IMG/VR virus record: IMGVR_UViG_3300048575_000380
Location: 1-46,907 of that record
Length of the DNA stretch: 46,907 bases
Source: a virus
Lineage: Duplodnaviria > Caudoviricetes
Reading direction: 5' to 3' (one strand)
Part shown: in pieces, positions 36,656 to 45,800 of the stretch
Position numbering within the stretch: position 1 is the first letter of the stretch
Layout of the letters: the number at the start of each line of letters is the position of its first letter
Program-made: the position numbers and the translations under genes
Notes under the pieces: generated by a model
What the model saw: only the letters and a program-made list of their open reading frames with translations
The model's database searches: none
Told to the model about the DNA's origin: nothing

Positions 36656-36833
36656 GAGCTTCAAGCCGGCCTCGTTCTCGCCGACGAGCTGGCGCTTCCC
36701 GCGCGACGTTGAGCCCCCGGCGCCCCCGACAGGCGGTGCCGACGACGGGCCACGCCGGCGCACCGACTTCACCGACGACGAGCTGATCGAGATCGCCGTC
36801 GCCATGATCATGAGCGGAGTGCTCGATGGCTAG
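36642..36833 (+). CDS. Hypothetical protein with FxPxS repeats (63 aa)
   Basis: GGAGG upstream; MFHPKSFKPASFSPTSW...DDELIEIAVAMIMSG; overlaps both neighbours. Confidence 0.65.
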   Translation: MFHPKSFKPASFSPTSWRFPRDVEPPAPPTGGADDGPRRRTDFTDDELIEIAVAMIMSGVLDG

Positions 36834-39800
36834 TTTCACCGCGTGCCTGAAGAAGGTATCCCTCGACCCTGCGGACAAGGCCGAGGTGATGGCCCGAGCG
36901 CGCCGGCATCGTGCCGACGGCGTGGCGCCGAGCGAAGCCGCAAAGCGCGCCGTGCGCGACCTGATCATCGAACTGCGCGGAGTGCAGCGGGAGGCCAAAC
37001 TGGCCGCGTCGCCAGCCGCGTCGCCTGCACCAAGTCCTGCCGCACCCACCGAGCGCAGGCACCCGAGCACCGTGATGGGCTCGCGCCTGCTGGCCGTGGT
37101 CAGCCGCCGCCTGGGCGGGCTGGATCCCGCCTGGCTGTCGGAGTTCAGCACCCGCTTCGAGACTGCCCGCAAGGGCAAGGACGGCCGCCCGGTGGTGCAA
37201 TGGCGCAATCCGATGGTGCCCGGCATCGGCAAGCTGTTCCGCCAGGGCGGGACGCAGGACCTGCAGCGCATCGCCGAGGTGATGGAGGAAGAGGGCTTCC
37301 TCTCGCCCGGCACCGTCGACGCGGATGCGAAGGCAGCCGGCGAGCAGGCAAAGGCGCTGATCCAGAAGGCGCTGAACCGCGAGGAAGTAAAGAGTCTTGA
37401 CGAGCAGGCCGCCGAGGCGCAAACCGCGCAGGATGCCGAACGACAGGCGTACTATGAGGGCCTGGACGCCGAGGCGGCGCGCGAAGCCGAAGCCGAGCGC
37501 GAGGCCATCATGGCCGAGTCGGAGGCCAAGGTCGATGGCATCGATCATTTGGCCGACGACGACATGGTGCCGTGGGAGCTTGCCGAGCCCTCGTCGCTGC
37601 AGCAGACCGCCGACTTCCTGGGCATCACCATCGAGGAACTGCGCCGTGAACAAGGACTACAAGGACCGCTTCGCCAAGATGAGCAAGCCGCAGCAGGAGG
37701 TGGTGAAAGCGATCGCGCGCATGCCGGTCGAGCAGCGCAGCCGCCTCCTGAAGCTCGAAGCGCTGCGCCGCAACGTGGACCTGAAGACGGGCAAGAAGCA
37801 CGAGGACTGACCCTCGAAGCGCAGACGCCGGCCGACCTCGAGGCCAAGGCCGAGCGCGAAGCGGCCGGCACCGCTGCTGAACAGGCCCGCCGCAAGGTTG
37901 ACCAGCAGCGGCTGCAGCGGCAAGCCGACGAGCGCGACACCCGCGCACGTGTCGACCAGACGGTCGGCGACTTCCAGTTGGGCCAGTCGGCCGAGCAGCA
38001 GCTTTCCGGCACGAACGACCTGTTCGAAGCCAAGCCCAACACCATCTTCACCGAGGACGCGGCCGAGAAGGCCCGCGCGATCCTGCGGCGCAAGCTGGGC
38101 CAGATCAACAGCGGCATCGACCCCGAGCTGGTGCAGGCCGGCATCACGCTGGCGGGCTACCACATCGAGCGCGGGGCCCGCAGCTTCGCGGCCTACGCCC
38201 GGGCCATGCTGGCCGACATGGGCGAGCTGGTGCGGCCCTACCTCAAGAGCTGGTACATGGCCGCGAAGTACGACCCGCGGCTGTCCGGCATGGAGGGCAC
38301 GAGCGGCGCCGCCGAGGTGGAGGCCGCGGACATCAACACCATCCCGGCGCAGAATGCCGCCCAGGAGACCCCCGATGTACCAGGTGCCCACCCCGATCTG
38401 GAACGAGATCGCCAGAACGCAGGAACTGGCAACGCCGCTGTGGAAGGCGCTGTTCCCGGCGAAGAACCTGCAGGCGGCGCTTCAGCCGCTGGAGGCCGAG
38501 ATGGCAGCAGCGGGCGCGGACGACCGGACGATCAGGGCGTTTCTGATGGTGGCACCGTGCTACCACGAGAACCTGGCGATCAGCCGGTTCATCGAGCAGA
38601 CCGGGCGGACGGACCTGCGGAGTTCCCTGCCCGAACTGGCGACGGCCACCGAAGCGACGACCCTGGCTTCGAGCGACCTGCGACTGGACCACGCCCAACA
38701 GGACAAGCTGCGCAACCTGCTGCTGGCCTACCGAACGAAGAGCGCGCCGCCGCCCAACGAGCCGCCGAGCGAATCGCCCCGGTAGCGGGCGACCTCGCCA
38801 ACATCCGCGCCACGCTGCCCTACCTGCTGCCCGGCCAGCAGGAGGACGTGCACAAGGCCGAGACGCGGCACCTGCTGCCCGGGGGCTACGGCTACCTGCT
38901 GACCAACGGCACCGGCACGGGCAAGACCTTCTCCGGCCTGGGCACGATCAAGCGCTTCCAGCGCGAGGGCAAGACGGACACGCTGATCGTCGTGCCCGAC
39001 GAGAAGATCATGGCCGACTGGGTGGCCTCCGGGCTGCCGATGGGCCTGACCATCACGCCGCTGAAGGACACGAAGGACGGCGGCGCCGGCATCACGATCA
39101 CGACCTACGCCAACCTGGGGCAGAACCTGGAGTTGGCGCGCCGGAAGTGGGACTTGATCGTGCCCGACGAGGCGCACCAGTTGATGCAGGGCGCCGACGG
39201 CGAAGGCACGCTGGCGATCGACGCGCTGCGCGCGATCAGCATGCACCCGCGCGGCTCGATCACGCGGTTCCGGATGCTGCACCACGACGAGCTGCAGCGT
39301 CAGCGCATCCTGAACGAGCGCCTGGAGGGCAACACCCGGATCCTGAACAACCCCGACACCATGGACCAGGTGCTGGCGGACGTGCGGGCCGAGAACGCGA
39401 AGCTGGACGCCGAACTGACGGCGCTGGCCGACAAGCTGGCGGCGGCCAGGAAGGCCGTGCAGGCCGAGGTGGAGGCGGCCCAGGGCGCCGGCCGCACGCG
39501 CGTGCTGGCGCTGTCGGCCACGCCTTTCGCCTACGAGAAGACGATCGACTGGGCCGAGGGCTACCTGTTCAGCTACGGGGAGCCGTCGACCGAGGGCCGC
39601 TCCTACAACCGCGGCGATGCGCGCGAGCAGTTCTTCGTGCAGCACTTCGGCTACCGCATGCGGAACAACAAGCTGACCGAGCCCGACGCCGGCGTGGACC
39701 GCGGCCTGATGCAGCGGCAGTTCAACACCTGGCTCAAGCGCGAAGGGGCGCTGTCCGGCCGCATGCTGGAGGTGGACGCGGACTACGACCGCCGCTTCGT

Positions 39801-42800
39801 GATGGTGGACTCGGCCGTCGGCAACCAGATCGACCAGGCCATCGAGTTCATCAACGACCAGCGCAAGGCCTTCGACGAGGCGCAGCCGAAGGACCAGCAG
39901 GCGCCCAACGGCTGGGCCTTCCTGGTCGGCGACCTGAACGAGGCCCTGTACGGCAAGCTGGGCCACCTGACCCGGCGCTACCTGCTGGAGGCGATCAAGG
40001 CCAAGGAGGTGATCCCGCACATCCGGGAGCACCTGGCCCTGGGCCGCAAGGTGGTGGTGTTCCACGACTTCAAGAAGGGCGGGGCGGTCAACCCCTTCGC
40101 CTTTGCCGAGCGCACGCTGCCGCCGCGCGGGCAGACGGAGATGGGCCCCGAGGACTACGCCAAGGCGCAGGCCGACGTGGCTGCCCACAACGAGGCGGTG
40201 CGCGCCTTCCGCGAGCGGTTCCCGGACCTGGCCGGCGGGGATCTGCTGAACGAGCTGATCCCGCCGGTGGAGCGCTTCAAGCGCGAGTTCCCCGACGTGC
40301 TGCTGATCAACGGCGACGAGAAGAAGGCCGACCTGCTGGCGCGGTACCAGCGCTTCCAGAGCGACGAGGCAGGCCCGACCATTGCGTTGGTGCAGTCCGA
40401 CAAGAACAAGGGCTGGAGCGGCCACGACACCACGGGCAAGCACCAGCGGGTGCTGTTCAACCTGGGCTTGCCGACGCAGCCGACCAAGACCATCCAGCAG
40501 GAGGGCCGGATCTACCGCACGGGCCAGGTCAGCAACGCCATGTTCCGCTACCTGAACACCGGCACGAACTGGGAGCGCTGGGCCTTCGCGCAGACCATCG
40601 CCGAGCGCGCCAGCGCGGCGGAGAACCTGGGCATGGGCGAGTCAGCCCGGGCGCTGAAGGACGCCTACATCGCGGCCTTCGAGGAAAGCGGCGACTTCCG
40701 CGCCGGGCACGAAGGCGAGGGCACCGGCGGCAAGGCCCGCGACGCGCTGGCGAACAACGCGCTGACGGACTACGACCGGGCCAAGTCGTTCTACTTCGGC
40801 ACGCAGAAGAAGGACGCCCGCACCAAGGCGCAGGAGGGCAAGGACTACTTCGCCACCCCGGAGCCCCTGGGCCTGAAGATGGCCGAATGGGCCGACGTGC
40901 GCGCCGGCGAAGACGCACTGGAGCCCAGCGCCGGCCACGGGGCCATCGCGCGCTGGCTGCCGGAAACTGCCAGCCGCACGGCCATCGAGCCCAGCAACGC
41001 GCTGGGCTCGCGCCTGGCGCTGGTGTTCGACGGCAAGATCGTCCGCGGCGAGTTCGAGGGCCACAACGTCGTCAACAAGTACGACGCGATCGTCATGAAC
41101 CCGCCGTTCGGCACGGGCGGCAAGACCGCGATCGAGCACCTGGAGAAGGCGGCCACGCACCTGCGCGACGGCGGGCGCATCGTGGCGCTGATCCCCACGG
41201 GGCCGGCGGCGGACAAGCGCTTCGAGCAGTGGTTCCACGGGGAACAGGAGCGCCCGGTCAAGCCGCTGGGCATCGTGACGCTGGACGGCCGGCAGACGCC
41301 GATCTACAAGGGCGACACGGTGACCAGCCGCGCGGCTTGGGCGCCCGAGGGCGTGGTGACCGGCTGGCGCGACGGCGCGCCGCTGGTGAAGGCGTCGGCA
41401 CCGGAGTTCCGCGGCGCCGGTGCTTCGCTGGTAGCCGAGCCGGCGATCCTGTCGGTGCAGCCTACCGGCACGCGCACCGAGAAGTTCAGCGCGACCGAAG
41501 GCCTGCACCTGGTGGCCGACATCAAGCTGCCGGCGGTGACGTTCGAACGCGCCGGCACCAAGGTGGCGACGCGGGTGGTGGTGATCGAGAAGCCGGGCAG
41601 GGACCGCCAGGCGCCGCAGCAGGTGAACCGCGATCTGAGCGACATCGACACCATCGGCGGCTTGTTCGACGCGCTGGAGCCGATGACGCTGGCGCCGCGG
41701 GCGAAGCCGGCGCAGCCGGTGGCGGCCCGGGTCGAGAAGGTGCCGGAGCGGGCCCAGGCGCAGGCCGCGAGCGCCGACCTGGCGCACCAGCAGGGCATCA
41801 AGCTGGTGGAGCACACCACCGCCAAGGGCAAGCTGCTGAAGGGGGTAATCCGCAAGAACCTGACCCGGCAGCAGGCCGAGCAGGTGGACCCCTACACCTT
41901 CCGCAAGGACGGCGGCTTCTTCATCCGGGCCGAGCACCTGCCCAAGCTGCAGGAGCAGTTCCCCGCCGATCAACCTCTGCTGTCGCGTGCCGCCGACGCG
42001 GCCCGCGGCATGCCGGCGCAGGACCTGCGGCGGATGGTGGACCGCGTGTCCGCCGGGTGGCGCGATGGCGGCCCGACGGTGACGGTCGTCACCACGGTGC
42101 AGGACCTGCCTCCGGCCATCGTCAACGCCCTGCGCAGCAAGAACGCCTTGGGCAACACCCGCGGCTTACGCCTGCCAGATGGCCGCGTCTACCTGGTAGC
42201 GGACAGGTTCAACAGCATGGCCGAGGCCCAGGCGGTGCTGTTCCACGAGGTCTACGGCCACGAGGGCCTGCGGGCTTTCCTGGGCGACGAGTACATCACC
42301 ACGATGGCGCTGCTGCGCGCGGCGAACCCGAAGCTGCGCGGCGAGGCCGAGGCTTGGTTCAGGGACAACGGCCGGGACGAGATCGCGGCGCGCGTGGCCC
42401 GCGGGATGTCGCAGAAGGAGGCGGAGGCCGTCGTTCGGGCCATCGCTGTCGAAGAGGCGCTGTCCGATCGTGCCGGCGACAACCCGCCGCCGAATGCGTG
42501 GAAGACGCTGATGTCCCGGCTGCAGGCTGCGCTGCGCAAGCGCGGACTGGGCTGGATCGCTGACAAGCTGGAGTCGATGACCGAGGCCGAAACGCACGCG
42601 GTGCTGATGGGCGCGCGGCGGGCGATCGACAAGCAGCAGGGCGATCTGCCCGGCTGGCTGCAGGACGGGCTGCTGCGCTCGACCGACCCCAACACGCCGG
42701 CCGACACGGTGCGCGCGTTCCGCGACACCGAGCGGGCCTACGGCGGCCGCGCCGCCCATGCGCAGGCGCTGGCCGCGGGCCGGACCCGGCTTCCCTACAG

Positions 42801-45800
42801 CCAGTGGGTGCAGGTGCGCACGCCGGCGTTCAAGGCGTGGTTCGGGGATTGGGAGGCGGCGCGGGCGCAGGATCGGCTGGACGCGATGGCGCCAGTGGCG
42901 CTGGCGCTGCCCGAGCACTTGCGTGGCGCGTCCCTGGTGCAGTTGCGCGATGCGGTGAAGGCCCGCCTGGATGCCATGGCGGATGCCAACACCACGGCTC
43001 ACCACCCGGTGCTGGGCGAGGTGGGCTTCAGCAAGGGCAACAACAAGAAAGCCGTCAGCACGTCGGCCACGCCGGAGAAGCTGCAGGCGGCGCATGAGAT
43101 CGTGTCCGTGATCGAATCGGGCATCCACGCCGCGAGTGCGCTCAGCACCGCGCCGAACGAAGCCCCGCACGGGGTGACCTATCACACGCTGGCAACGAAG
43201 GTGGAAGCCTTCGGGCGGGAGTTCGTGGCGCTGGTGACGGTGAAGCAGACGCCGAACGGGCAGCGCTTCTACAACAACATCGCCGTGCAGCCTGCCAATG
43301 AGAAAGCCCCAGCGGCATATCCGGGGGACCGTGCACCCGGAGATGTCGGTTCCGCCGCGGCCTTCGCTGGGGCAGACGGCAGTGTGCTACCGGCCATGCG
43401 TCGCGTCAACCCGGAGACCGTCTCCAAGGCCACTGACCCCGCCACCGGCGAGCCGCGGGTGATGTTCCACGGCACCGGCGCGGACTTCGACCGCTTCAAG
43501 GGCAAGCAGGCCGAGGCCATCTTCCTGACTGACGAGCCGATCTTCGCGCAGGCCTACGCCGACACCTCGGCCAAGTGGATGCAGCACCGTGAACAGGACG
43601 GTGCGGCGCGGATCATGCCGATGTTCGCCAGCGCCAAGAGCCCGTTCGACTACCAGAACGCCAAGCATCGCGCGCGCGTCATCGAGATCGCCTTGGCGCA
43701 GAACGGCGGCAAGAACGGTGCCGGCGAAACGGTCATCGCCAACGACGATGGCACCCCGAGCTTGTGGTCGGCGCCGGTCATAGAGTCGGGCCTGACCGAG
43801 CCAGCCGGCGACGGAAACTGGCTGCTGGTGGAACAGCCGTGGATGCAGGACGCCATCAAGGCCGCCGGCTTCGACGCCTTCTACGTCAGCGAGAGCGGCT
43901 TCAAGAACCTGGCCCTGTACGAGTCGGCGCAGGTGAAATCGGCGGTGGGCAACCGCGGCACCTTCGACCCGAACGAGGCCAGCATCCTGCTGAGCCGCAA
44001 GCCCCCGGCCGACCCGGTGCTCGCCAGCGCCATGCGCAAGGCCGGCATCAACGGCCGGCCGACGCTGCGCGGCAAGGTCAGCCGCTTCCTGACGCGCTGG
44101 CGCGACCTGACACGCGACCGCAAGGCACTGGCCGACGAGGTGCGGCAGGGCACGCTGGACCAGTTCTACGGCATCCAGCGCGCGGTGCGCTCCGAGCTGG
44201 GCAACCTGCCGATGGAGCAGGACCCCTACATCACGGCCCGCCTGGCGAACGGCGGCGCCAGCTCGGTGATGCGGGGCCTGCTGCTGCACGGCCAAGCCAA
44301 GTGGGCGGCCAACGGCCAGCATCTGGAGAAGATCGACGGCACCCAAGGCCTGCTGGACATCCTGAAGCCGCTGGGCGACGACCTGGACCACTTCTTCGGC
44401 TGGATGGTGGGCAACCGCGCCGCGCGGCTGAAGGCCGAGGGCCGCGAGAACAACCTGAGTGACGCCGAGATCAAGGCGTTGCAGGCCCTGGCGACGCCCG
44501 AGCGCCTGGCGAAGTTCCAGCAGGCAGCCCAGCAGTACGCCCAGTTCAAGCGCAGCGTGCTCGACGTGGCGCAGGAGGCCGGCCTGATCGACCCGGAAGG
44601 CCGCAAGGCCTGGGACCACGCCGACTACATCCCGTTCTACCGCGAGATCGACGCCAAGGCGGTGTTCTCGCCCACCGGGCACAAGGGGTTGGCCGGGCAG
44701 TCGTCTGGCATTCGCACCCTCAAGGGCGGCGAGTCGATGCTCAACGACCCGATGGAGAACCTGCTGATGAACTTCAGCCGGTTGATCGATGCCAGCCTGA
44801 AGAACAACGCGATCCGCAAGACCATCTACGCGCTGGAGAACCAGTCCGACCTGGTGGAGCGCGTGGGCTACGACATGGCCCCGGCCCTGGTGCCGCGCAG
44901 CCAGGTGGAGACCATGTTGAGGAAGGCCGGCACGCCCGAGGCGGTGCTGCAGGCCATGCCGGCGGACGTGTTCGATGGTATCGGCAAGATGTGGGCGATC
45001 AGGGCCCCGAGCGACCCAGACGTGGTGCGCGTGATGATGGGCGGCAAGCCGGTCTTCTTCCGCGTGCACGACCCGCTGCTGCTGCGCTCGCTGACGAGCT
45101 TCGTGCCCTACGACTTCCCGATGTCGTCGGTGTTCCGAGGCGCCCGGAGGCTGCTGACGGCCATGGTGACCAGCACGCCGGAGTTCATGGCGCGCAACTG
45201 GATCCGCGACTCGCTGGCTGCGCAGGCGATCACGAACACGCCATTCAACCCGCTGGAGTCGGTCAAGGGCATCTGGAAGGCCTACAAGGAGAACCAGGCC
45301 TACGAGGCGATGCTGTTCGCCGGCGCGAGCTTCCAGTCCGGCAACGTGAACGCGGGCGACCCCCAGGGCACGGCCGTCGGCATGCGCCGCGCGCTGCGAG
45401 AGCGCGGTTTCGACGCCAGCTCGATCGACTCGTTCATGGGCTCGATCATCGACAACACGGCCCGGGGTTGGGAGAAGTACCGCGAGGTCGGCGAGGCGGT
45501 CGAGAACGCCAACCGCAACGCCATCTACGAGGCCGCGGTGGGGTCGGGCAAGAGCGCCACCGCGGCTGCGTTCGAGGCCAAGGACTTGATGGACTTCAAC
45601 CTGCGCGGGGACTGGGCCGGGTACCAGATCCTGGCGGACGTGCTGCCGTTCTTCAATGCGCGCGTGCAGGGCCTGTACCGGCTGGGCCGCGCGGACCCGA
45701 AGCGGCTGATGGCCGTGGGCATGCTGATGACCGCGGCCACCGCGATGCTGGCCTTGGCAAACGCCGGCGAGGACTGGTACGAACGCCTGCCCGACTGGGA

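Noticed and set aside
39147-42563. 1138-aa + strand ORF overlapping the giant gene
   Set aside because: R/A/G/P-rich shadow frame; codon bias and enzyme motifs stay in the host frame, unlike the accepted nested genes.
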